In this document: positions 48,238-57,123 of the stretch, piece by piece | Layout: the number at the start of each line of letters is the position of its first letter | How positions within the stretch are numbered: the first letter of the stretch is position 1 | DNA from: Saprospiraceae bacterium | GTDB taxonomy: Bacteria; Bacteroidota; Bacteroidia; Chitinophagales; Saprospiraceae | Assembly: GCA_020631105.1 (NCBI GenBank) | Contig: JAHDHW010000005.1 | Coordinates: forward strand, 26,926 to 90,925 | DNA length: 64,000 nucleotides | Reading direction: 5' to 3' | The notes under the pieces: model-generated | Seen by the model: only the letters and a program-made list of their open reading frames with translations | Databases searched by the model: none | Told to the model about the DNA's origin: nothing | Position numbers and translations under genes: made by a program

Positions 48238-51200
48238 CTAGTATCGGAACGTTACCAAAGAATCCCGGCTAACATTCGCCATCAGTAATTTATCCAAAAG
48301 GATAAAATCTCTTATCTCTCCTTTGACCTGGAAGCCGCTTCCTTCTTTTTTCAAAGCAAATTTATTCCCTCCAAGGTTTTCAAGATACTGCCCATAACTT
48401 CCATCATAAATTCCCATCTCTGGAAGCACATAATACAGATTACCTCCCAAAAGAATGTCCTCATCTCCATCCTGATCAAAATCAGCAGTCTCTATTGCAT
48501 ACACGGGACTAAACTGTACCTCTGGTGGCAGCGGCGCTGCTTCAAATTTAAAGTCGCCCTGATTAATCAGTAATACCGTCTTCAGCTGATTAGTCTCCAA
48601 AACCTTAGCCTGGGTCAATTCTTCTGGTGTAAATATCGTTTGAATATCCGCATTCTTAAAAGATTCAAAATCCGGAAATCTTTTCTTGATTACTTTCATC
48701 TGGTCGATCAGATTATGTCGAAGAGCATAGGGATATTCTTTACCGTCTTCAGCTTCAAAAGTCATGATCCCTTCGGGCATTCCATTCGAATCAAAGTCAG
48801 AAAAATAAAGCTTGATTGGTTTATCGACAGAAGCTTTGAAACGGCTATTTTCTCCGAGGTTACCTGCAAGGATATCAAGATCTCCGTCATTATCTGCATC
48901 AAAGAGATGTATTCTGTTCCACCAGCCTTTAAGTCCAATATTCGCATTGATTTTTGCTGGTGCAAACTTTCCCTGATCTCCGGCAAATACTTTTAACTCC
49001 ATAAACTCTCCGAGTACCACAAGGTCAAGTTGCCCATCTTGATTAATATCTGCAAAGGAGGCATCCGTGACCATCCCGATATTATTCAGGGCAGGGCAAA
49101 GGCTTTCGGTGGCATTAGCAAAGTTGCCTTTACCGTCATTTACCAGCAGATAAGACGAGCATGCCGCACCGAACTGTCCTACTTTGACTCGCTCCCCAAC
49201 AAATAAATCTTCATCTCCATCTCCGTCAAAATCTGCATGTGCCACAGCGATACTACTTATTTTATTTTTGCTATCCGGTAGTTTCTGATCACTAAGGCTA
49301 AAATTCCCTTTGCCATCATTCATCAATAAATGGTCAAAGAAGAACTCAGAATATTCTGACAATTCCACTCCGCCGCTGGTCAGGTACATATCAAGGTCGC
49401 CGTCCTGATCCACATCAACTAACAAACATTGTGTATGCTCGGCTTCTTTAATTTTCATGAGGTCATCCGTTGGCGCTTGCAAAGCAAATTGTTGATTTCC
49501 TTTATTCAAAAATATTTCTGTTAGTTGTCCTTTCGCTCCCGGAAAAACTAAATCAACATTTCCATCACCATTGACATCTCCTTTAGCAACTCTCCCTCCT
49601 TCATTGCTCCGCATATGATAAATCAATCGCTCCCGGTTGAAGTCAACATATTTATTTTCGTTTTTCACGTATTGCAGGGGACTTGAAATTTGTTGGAAGT
49701 CTTGCGACGCAGATGTAGTTGCACTCGTTCCTTCTTGCGCATTTTGTTCCTTAACCGTAATCATCTGATTGGTTTCAACCTGCGAGACAATACTCTTTTT
49801 CCCAGTCGGCCAGACCACTTCAACATCTACTTTGGCGGCGGCGGCCAAGCCAATGTTCGGTCTGAAATCCATACTGGATTGAAAACCTCTGGTCGGGACA
49901 TTTTCGTAAAAGTAACTTTGGTTACCATCTTTCACCGTAATCTTAGCCCCAATTCCAAAAACGTTAGGCGCTTGCCCTTCCAGTTGAATTTTGATATAAT
50001 TGGCCTTTGCTGGATTCAGTGTATTTTCATAAATAAAGCAAGGCATATTTACATTATTCACGACGAGGTCAAGGTCTCCATCGTTATCTAAATCTCCGTA
50101 GGCGGCGCCATTTGAAAAACTCGGGGTCAACAAACCACTTTCTGTGTACTCTTCAAAATGTAATCCGTCCAGGTTTTTAAAAGCATGATTCGTCACCTTA
50201 TTAGAAGGAATGATATCAACGAGTTCTTTGTAGTTTACGCCTTCTTCATTGATCACTGACTTCATCACCGCTTCATTCGAAATATATTGTAGATAGTCCT
50301 GGTTTGTCAAATCTTTGTAGATACCATTGGCCACAAATAAATCTTTGAAACCATCATTATCCATATCAAAAAACAGTGCTCCCCAGCTCCAGTCCGTAGC
50401 ATCTACACCAGCGAGTCGAGATACTTCGCTAAAGGTGTTATCCCCGTTGTTACGTTGCAGTACGTTTCTGGTAAATTGATGGTGGTAACCATTTGCCACA
50501 TTATACTGATATTTGTTCCAGTTTTCGAAAGTAGTTACGGTCTTGAGCCTTTCGTATTCTGCGGGCAGCATCTCTGTAACAAACAAATCCGCATTACCAT
50601 CATTATTGATGTCTGCTGCATCCGCCCCCATTGAAGCGCCACTAATAGAATGCATCTGGTTAACAAGATCTTCCTGAAAGGTTCCGTCCTGTTGATTGAG
50701 ATAAAGATAGTCTCGCTCGAAAAAGTCATTAGAGATAAAGATATCCAGCCAGGAATCATTATTAAAATCACTTACGGTTACTCCCAGACCAAAGCCAATA
50801 ACACTTCCATAGACCCCGGCGATTTCACTAACATCATAGTATTTTCCGTCCCGGTTTTCCATTAGCTTATCTCCTCCGAGTTCGTCCCGTTTTGGGCGTT
50901 CATTCTTCCGTAGATTAAAACTACCAATTGCCTGATAGGAGTTATTCAGGATATAGGCATCCAGATCTCCATCCTTATCATAATCAAAGAAAACGGTATG
51001 GGTAGAGTAGCCTTTATCATTGAGGTTGTATTCTGCTGCGGCTTCTTCAAACTGAAGGTTTCCTTTATTAATGAAGAGTTCGTTTTCTTTATTATCTCCT
51101 TTAATATCTCCGGAATTACAAACGTAAATATCAAGTAGCCCATCTCCATTAATATCAACAAAAGTAACTCCTGTGGACCAGGACTTTTCGCCTTTCACTC

Positions 51201-51519
51201 CTGCCTGCTCCGTGATATCTTCAAAAGTAAAATTTCCTTTATTGAGGTATAGTTTATTTTCTGACTGATTAGAAACCAGGTACATATCCACCAGGCCATC
51301 ATTATTGACATCTCCTAAAGCAACTCCTCCTCCATTATAGAAATTACGATATTTATAAACATTGAACTCTGGTGTAGAGGTAAGGTTATTCGAAAAATCG
51401 ATGCCTATTTTCTCATTATCCATCAATTCGAATAATGGTCCAGAATCCTGCTCCTTACTACAAGAGGTGAAAGCAAGTATACCAAGAAGCAGACCTGTTA
51501 AACGCGTAGTAATTTTCAT
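48238..51519 (-). CDS. FG-GAP/VCBS repeat + ASPIC/UnbV domain lipoprotein (CRTAC1-like), paralog b
   Basis: Lipobox AFTSC followed by SKEQD. GDVNNDGLVDMY, VDINGDGLLDIYV, FDYDKDGDLDAYI, GDLDNDGDLDLVV. ASPIC/UnbV segment PTRGFQSSMDFRPNIGL...VEVVWPTG. Confidence 0.88.
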   Translation of the reverse strand: MKITTRLTGLLLGILAFTSCSKEQDSGPLFELMDNEKIGIDFSNNLTSTPEFNVYKYRNFYNGGGVALGDVNNDGLVDMYLVSNQSENKLYLNKGNFTFEDITEQAGVKGEKSWSTGVTFVDINGDGLLDIYVCNSGDIKGDNKENELFINKGNLQFEEAAAEYNLNDKGYSTHTVFFDYDKDGDLDAYILNNSYQAIGSFNLRKNERPKRDELGGDKLMENRDGKYYDVSEIAGVYGSVIGFGLGVTVSDFNNDSWLDIFISNDFFERDYLYLNQQDGTFQEDLVNQMHSISGASMGADAADINNDGNADLFVTEMLPAEYERLKTVTTFENWNKYQYNVANGYHHQFTRNVLQRNNGDNTFSEVSRLAGVDATDWSWGALFFDMDNDGFKDLFVANGIYKDLTNQDYLQYISNEAVMKSVINEEGVNYKELVDIIPSNKVTNHAFKNLDGLHFEEYTESGLLTPSFSNGAAYGDLDNDGDLDLVVNNVNMPCFIYENTLNPAKANYIKIQLEGQAPNVFGIGAKITVKDGNQSYFYENVPTRGFQSSMDFRPNIGLAAAAKVDVEVVWPTGKKSIVSQVETNQMITVKEQNAQEGTSATTSASQDFQQISSPLQYVKNENKYVDFNRERLIYHMRSNEGGRVAKGDVNGDGNVDLVFPGAKGQLTEIFLNKGNQQFALQAPTDDLMKIKEAEHTQCLLVDVDQDGDLDMYLTSGGVELSEYSEFFFDHLLMNDGKGNFSLSDQKLPDSKNKISSIAVAHADFDGDGDEDLFVGERVKVGQFGAACSSYLLVNDGKGNFANATESLCPALNNIGMVTDASFADINQDGQLDLVVLGEFMELKVFAGDQGKFAPAKINANIGLKGWWNRIHLFDADNDGDLDILAGNLGENSRFKASVDKPIKLYFSDFDSNGMPEGIMTFEAEDGKEYPYALRHNLIDQMKVIKKRFPDFESFKNADIQTIFTPEELTQAKVLETNQLKTVLLINQGDFKFEAAPLPPEVQFSPVYAIETADFDQDGDEDILLGGNLYYVLPEMGIYDGSYGQYLENLGGNKFALKKEGSGFQVKGEIRDFILLDKLLMANVSRDSLVTFRY

Positions 51520-51566
51520 TCAAGTATTAATTTTAAAGTCTTAGAAATTAAATCGCTAAGTACGTT

Positions 51567-52142
51567 TTACATAGAAAGGGAATGCTCTTTTCGTAAATCC
51601 TGAATTTTGACCGTAACATCTTTATTAGAAAGTGGATACATAAGGATTTGACGATTCCCGTCAACTTTGGCGTAGGCTTTCTTCTCCTCATCCAGTTTGA
51701 TTTCTATAAATGGATTACCAGAGTACTCCTTCATATATTTTTCCCGGAGTTTTTCCATTAGCGCCTCAGACTGATAAGTTTCATTCCACGGAGACCACTT
51801 CATATAACTCATCTTCATATGCATGCCGTGCATAACCTTTTGCTTATCAAAGATCCCATAAAAAAGCATTTCAACTTTGTCAGAATCAGCAATGGTAGAA
51901 TCCATGACCATTATGTGTTTGGCAAACTGATTACCCGGTCCTTGTGCGACTAATTTTTGTTTATTCAAATTCCAGCAAATATCAAAGAACTCTTTCCGGG
52001 TTTGGCCCATCTTCATTCCAAAAATCAGATCTTCATGAATTTCTCCGGATTTCAATTCTGCTTTTACCACTTTAGAATACTCTGATTCACAAGCAGTGAA
52101 GAGTATTCCCAAAATCAAAAAGAAAAGTAATTTTTTCAACAC
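51567..52142 (-). CDS. Hypothetical lipoprotein (191 aa) embedded between CRTAC1-like paralogs
   Basis: Lipobox LFTAC followed by ESEYS. No recognisable domain. Tightly spaced (20 and 47 nt) within the operon. Confidence 0.7.
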   Translation of the reverse strand: MLKKLLFFLILGILFTACESEYSKVVKAELKSGEIHEDLIFGMKMGQTRKEFFDICWNLNKQKLVAQGPGNQFAKHIMVMDSTIADSDKVEMLFYGIFDKQKVMHGMHMKMSYMKWSPWNETYQSEALMEKLREKYMKEYSGNPFIEIKLDEEKKAYAKVDGNRQILMYPLSNKDVTVKIQDLRKEHSLSM

Positions 52143-52162
52143 GACTTTATTATTTAATTGTC

Positions 52163-55100
52163 CTAATATTTATAAATCTTAACCTGCTGATTATTTACGC
52201 CAATTAAAACTTCATTTTCCGACAGGTTTTCGAATGCTCTAATCTCTCCGCTAATATTTAGAGGGAAGACCTTTGCATACCTTATTTCGTTCCCGCTTTT
52301 TGCTCCCTTTAACAACCATCCTTTTGAAGCATCATCTCTTCCAAATTGTGGTTTGGTTAAGTAATGATTCCCACCTATCAAAAAATCCAGGGTTCCATCC
52401 TGATCCACATCACTTGTAGTCACTGCATGGATAGAAGAGAATTGGACTTCAGCTGGTAGCGGCTGTTCTTCAAAACGATTGTCTTTTAAAAGATACAGTT
52501 TACTTTCCAGGGTATTCAGCGAAAGCTTTATACTTTGTTCTAATTGTTCTTCAGAAAACAAATCGCCCATGGTCGCTCCTGCATAATCTTTATAGTAAAC
52601 GTATTTGCGTTTCAACACAGGTAATTGAGACATTAATTCATCCATATCCAGTGAAGGATAAACCTTATTATTGACCTGCTCCGCTAGGATTTGTTCCTGG
52701 CTACCATTTGCATCAAAATCATTAATGTACAATAGGTGTTGTGAGGTGACTGCGCTATTCTCTCCGACATTACCTACAAATAAATCCGGGGTCCCGTCCT
52801 GATTAAAATCATCAACCAGCACCGTATTCCAAAGACCTTTAGTATTTGCAAGTCCGAATGATTCATTTGCCAGCTTAAACTGCCCCTCGTTATTAACGAA
52901 TATACTGATGTCCATCCATTCCCCGACAACAACAAGATCCAGTAAACCATCAGCATTGAAGTCTGCCCATTTTGCATCGGTAATTATTCCCAGGTTTTCG
53001 AATGCAGGTGTATTAACTAGTTCGAAATTATTCGCTCCGATATTTTTGAATAGATACCCTGAGCCTGGCAAACCGTAAACATTATTACTATTCTGATCTC
53101 CCACAAATAAATCAGGTAAACCATCATTATTATAATCACCAATAGTAACAACTCCGGTAGCGATTGGGTTCGAGAATGGAATTGCATTTTTGCTTTCCTC
53201 AAAGCGCCCGTTTCCTTCGTTGATATAGAGCACATCATGATACTCATTTGCCTTTGGTGAAAATGCGGTACCACCGTGAGCAATATAAAGATCTTGATCT
53301 CCATCCTGATCGCTATCAAAAAATACGGCATCAACGACTTCGGACCGTTTCTTATTCGCAAAAGGTGCAGTAACTTCTTTAAGCTCCTCTTCATTAAAGA
53401 TAAACAAGCTGGAAGTTTGCTCTTTTCCGCCTCCTGTAAAAATCATTTTTGAATTTCCATCTTCATTCACTGCAATTGCGGGCCCAGCGGAAGTGTTCAT
53501 CTTAAAAAGTAATCGCTCCCGATTAAATTGATTGAATTTTAGTTGACGATGTACAAAACTTAAGGTATCCACCAAAGTGAGTATATTCTGATTACTCGCT
53601 GATAATACCGCTGACATTTCTTGTGTATTATCGCTGCTCTCTTCAAACTCGTAACTAGTGTTAATCTTAACATCTCTTTTCGTAATGGATTGTCCATTTG
53701 GCCAAATAATCTTTAGGCTATCTATACCTTGGCATTGTCCAAGTCCGATGGATAAATGATTAGAGACACTAGACTGAAAGCCCCTTGATGGATATTGTTC
53801 GGTCATAAAGGTTTGCCCGCAAGCATAAGCAATAGTTTTTGCGCCGACAGCACGGGTATTTTTACCTTTTCCTTTTAAAGAAATGCTGATAAAATTGTGG
53901 TTTAAGCGTTCGCTTTTGTTCTCATAAACAAAGGACGGTGCGTTTACATTATTAAACACCAGGTCAAGATCTCCATCATTATCTAAATCTCCATAGGCGC
54001 AACCATTGCTAAAGCTCTTTGCTCCAAGACCCCATTCATCAGAGTAATTCTCAAAGTTAAAATCTCCCATATTCTTAAATGCAAAATTAGATACTGCCTC
54101 CGATGGCATTGCATCAATGAGCTTGGTAATCGCATTATTTCCTCCTTCATCTATGGAGTTTTTGACCTTGGAGTCATTGGCCATAAAGGCTAAATAATCC
54201 CGATCTAACAAATCTTTATAAATGCCATTTGCTACTACAATATCTTTTAAACCATCATTATCAAAGTCTTGCATCAGGCAGGACCAACTCCAGTTTGTCG
54301 CCTCTACCCCGGCCTTTCGACCAATTTCCAAAAAACCTGCAGCGCCCATATTGCGCTGAAGCATATTTCTTGGAAATTGATGAGCGTAGCCTTTGGATAC
54401 TGCTAAGGAGTATTTTTTCCAGGAGTCATAAATGGCTTTCGTTTTCTTTCTACCCGATGTACTTGGCAACATCTCCGTAATCATCAGGTCCGGTAAGAGG
54501 TCATTATCAAGGTCCGCAACGTCAGCGCCCATTGACCCCAGAGGAAAACATTCAAAAAAGGACTCCCCAGATTCTACAAAAGATTTTCCTTCCTGATTGA
54601 GATATAAATAGTCTTTTTCAAAAAAATCATTGGACACATAAATATCGGTCCATCCATCCAGGTTAAAATCACTTAGGGTAATCCCTAATCCAAACCCTAT
54701 TTCACTACTAAAAATGCCAAGTTCCTGAGATACATCAACGAAGCGACCGTCTCTGTTTTCGAAGAACTTATTCCCGTTCTCACTATATTCTTTTCTTCTG
54801 TCTTTTACCAGGTCAAAACCTCCGATGGATCTTAGAGAGTTATTGAGCAGGTAGCAGTCCAAATCTCCATCTCTATCATAATCAAAAAAAGCAGCCTGGA
54901 TTGAAAGGCCAGTAACATCCAGTCCGTAAGCTGCGGACTGTTCCTCAAACTCGAGATTTCCTTTGTTGATAAACAACTCATTATATCTATGTTCGCCACC
55001 AGGTTTCCCTGCCTTACATACATAAAGATCGAGTAAGCCATCACCATTAATGTCTACAAAACAAGCGCCGGAAGACCATACATCCGAACAGGCCAAACCT

Positions 55101-55411
55101 GTTTTTTTCGTTACATCCTCAAACTCCCAGTTTCCTTTATTGAGGAACATTTTATTATCTACTACATTCCCGGTAAAGTATACATCAATAAGACCATCGT
55201 TATTAATATCTCCCAAAGCCACACCACCACCATTGTAAAAATTACGGTACGTGTAAGGATTAAATTCTTCTGTATAATGGAGTTCGTTAGTGAAAGGAAT
55301 AGTATCATCACTCTTAAGGGTAAAGAGTCGATCATCATCATTACTACACGCTTGCAAAAAGATTAGAAAGAGGGCAGCACCGTAAAGTAGCAAACGATTT
55401 TGGGCTAGCAT
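52163..55411 (-). CDS. FG-GAP/VCBS repeat + ASPIC/UnbV domain lipoprotein (CRTAC1-like), paralog c
   Basis: Lipobox FLQAC followed by SNDDD. GDINNDGLIDVY, VDINGDGLLDLYV, FDYDRDGDLDCYL, GDLDNDGDLDLVF. ASPIC/UnbV segment PSRGFQSSVSNHLSIGLG...LKIIWPNG. Confidence 0.88.
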   Translation of the reverse strand: MLAQNRLLLYGAALFLIFLQACSNDDDRLFTLKSDDTIPFTNELHYTEEFNPYTYRNFYNGGGVALGDINNDGLIDVYFTGNVVDNKMFLNKGNWEFEDVTKKTGLACSDVWSSGACFVDINGDGLLDLYVCKAGKPGGEHRYNELFINKGNLEFEEQSAAYGLDVTGLSIQAAFFDYDRDGDLDCYLLNNSLRSIGGFDLVKDRRKEYSENGNKFFENRDGRFVDVSQELGIFSSEIGFGLGITLSDFNLDGWTDIYVSNDFFEKDYLYLNQEGKSFVESGESFFECFPLGSMGADVADLDNDLLPDLMITEMLPSTSGRKKTKAIYDSWKKYSLAVSKGYAHQFPRNMLQRNMGAAGFLEIGRKAGVEATNWSWSCLMQDFDNDGLKDIVVANGIYKDLLDRDYLAFMANDSKVKNSIDEGGNNAITKLIDAMPSEAVSNFAFKNMGDFNFENYSDEWGLGAKSFSNGCAYGDLDNDGDLDLVFNNVNAPSFVYENKSERLNHNFISISLKGKGKNTRAVGAKTIAYACGQTFMTEQYPSRGFQSSVSNHLSIGLGQCQGIDSLKIIWPNGQSITKRDVKINTSYEFEESSDNTQEMSAVLSASNQNILTLVDTLSFVHRQLKFNQFNRERLLFKMNTSAGPAIAVNEDGNSKMIFTGGGKEQTSSLFIFNEEELKEVTAPFANKKRSEVVDAVFFDSDQDGDQDLYIAHGGTAFSPKANEYHDVLYINEGNGRFEESKNAIPFSNPIATGVVTIGDYNNDGLPDLFVGDQNSNNVYGLPGSGYLFKNIGANNFELVNTPAFENLGIITDAKWADFNADGLLDLVVVGEWMDISIFVNNEGQFKLANESFGLANTKGLWNTVLVDDFNQDGTPDLFVGNVGENSAVTSQHLLYINDFDANGSQEQILAEQVNNKVYPSLDMDELMSQLPVLKRKYVYYKDYAGATMGDLFSEEQLEQSIKLSLNTLESKLYLLKDNRFEEQPLPAEVQFSSIHAVTTSDVDQDGTLDFLIGGNHYLTKPQFGRDDASKGWLLKGAKSGNEIRYAKVFPLNISGEIRAFENLSENEVLIGVNNQQVKIYKY

Positions 55412-55454
55412 TTTTTGTATAGTCTTCTAAATAAAACCTAAAATTAATGAAAAA

Positions 55455-55478
55455 GGGTTACCTCCGAAGAGGTAACCC
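55455..55478 (-). terminator. Hairpin/terminator immediately after the susD-like gene (likely partial terminator)
   Basis: GGGTTACCTC-CGAA-GAGGTAACCC is a perfect 10-bp stem. On the minus strand it is followed by TTTTTCATT. It lies 26 nt past the SusD-like stop and 44 nt before the next ATG. Confidence 0.65.
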
Positions 55479-55503
55479 CTAAATTTAATATCTTAAATTC
55501 ATA

Positions 55504-57105
55504 TTAGTACCCAGGGTTCTGCGAAAGCGTTCCACCTGAAGCTTGAATTTGATCGAATGGAATTGGGAATAAGTTTACGTGATCCGAAGGATCCGCAGGG
55601 TGTTCCCACCAAGCATCATTGTATTTTCCGAAACGGATCAAGTCCGTTCTACGGCTTGTTTCCTGGAACATCTCACGACCTCTTTCTGCAAGGAAACCAT
55701 CCGCGTCAATACTACTTAAAGCAGATACACGAGCTCTTTCTCTTACAACGTTTACGTCAGGAAGTGCCATACTCCAGTCTCCAGCATCTCTAGCCATAGC
55801 CTCTGCACGCATTAAGTAAACATCTCCAAGTCGAAGAACCGGGAAGTCATTACTCATGTCAGGACGACCAAATTGCTTAAAGCTGAATTTACCAGGACGA
55901 GCACCAGCCTCACGAAGAGAGTTAGGTGTTAACTCATTGATTGATGGAGTGTAGCTTAATACAAGATTTCCATCATCAGATGCATAATCAAGTACTGCAG
56001 AACCACCAAAATCTAACTGGTCACCAACGATGAAACTAGCTTGCTTACGAGCATCTCCATCTTCGAAAGAATTATAGAATTCTTCCAAAGTTGCGTACCC
56101 ATTCCAAGGCTGAGCATCAAAGTTCCAAGTAAACTGACTTGAGTAGTGAAGATTCATTTGAGAGAAGTTCATACCTCCTGCACTCGCTTCATCATAGAAT
56201 ACAGCGAAAATGTGCTCAGGATTACCTTCATTATTCGCAGCAAATACTGCAGCGAATCCTTCCAGCTCATCTGGGTCAGCTTCTACACCTGCACGTTTAC
56301 CTAAGTTGGCAACTGTACAACCTTCACCACAAAGACGGTAAACACCACTATCAATGATGTAACCAGCAGCTGCTGCTGCTTCCGCCCATCTTGCAGTTCC
56401 TGTGTATACTTCAGCGTTTAGGTATAACTTAGCTAAGAAACCTAAAGCTGCAAATTGATTAATCTGGTATGCACTTGCATCAGTACCCAATGGGCTATTT
56501 GTTAGATCCATAGTACTAGATACTTCAGAAATATCTAAAGCAGCTAATAACTCTGACTCTACAAAATTAAATACATCAGAACGACTTGATTGAGCAACAT
56601 CAACACCTGGCTCAACAATCAACTTAACGTTTCCGAATAAGTCTAATAGTCTCCAGTAGAAATATGCTCTCAAAGCACGTGCTTGAGAAGTTTGATTAGC
56701 ATCTAAAGTACCACCAGCTAATAATTCGTTTACCGTGTTAATAGCACCATAAGTTTGGTTCCATGTTCCGTTAACGAATGCGTGAGTAGGACCATAAGTG
56801 TGCTGGTGTAACTCAATTAAGATACCACCATCAAACCAGTCACCACCTTTAGCACAGATTACCATCTCATCAGATGGAATTTCCTGTACAGAGTAATATC
56901 CACCGTGGTTAGCTGTACCTGCGTTCCTTAATTCCGCATAAGCAGCAGACAAAGGAGTACTCTCTTGTCCTCCAGAACCACCAGATACACCTTCCACCGT
57001 GATATTAGTTGTTACATCTCCTACCAACTCTTCTTCAAGATCGGTACAAGACTGTATTGCGAATAATACCGCAACAGCAAATAATATTTTCAAAAATTTA
57101 TTCAT
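55504..57105 (-). CDS. RagB/SusD family nutrient-uptake outer-membrane lipoprotein
   Basis: Lipobox AIQSC. C-terminal ...LIRFGKYN...NLFPIPFDQIQASGGTLSQNPGY is typical of SusD-like proteins. It starts 18 nt downstream of the SusC-like gene. Confidence 0.92.
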   Translation of the reverse strand: MNKFLKILFAVAVLFAIQSCTDLEEELVGDVTTNITVEGVSGGSGGQESTPLSAAYAELRNAGTANHGGYYSVQEIPSDEMVICAKGGDWFDGGILIELHQHTYGPTHAFVNGTWNQTYGAINTVNELLAGGTLDANQTSQARALRAYFYWRLLDLFGNVKLIVEPGVDVAQSSRSDVFNFVESELLAALDISEVSSTMDLTNSPLGTDASAYQINQFAALGFLAKLYLNAEVYTGTARWAEAAAAAGYIIDSGVYRLCGEGCTVANLGKRAGVEADPDELEGFAAVFAANNEGNPEHIFAVFYDEASAGGMNFSQMNLHYSSQFTWNFDAQPWNGYATLEEFYNSFEDGDARKQASFIVGDQLDFGGSAVLDYASDDGNLVLSYTPSINELTPNSLREAGARPGKFSFKQFGRPDMSNDFPVLRLGDVYLMRAEAMARDAGDWSMALPDVNVVRERARVSALSSIDADGFLAERGREMFQETSRRTDLIRFGKYNDAWWEHPADPSDHVNLFPIPFDQIQASGGTLSQNPGY

Positions 57106-57123
57106 AACTAAAATCTTTTAGAT

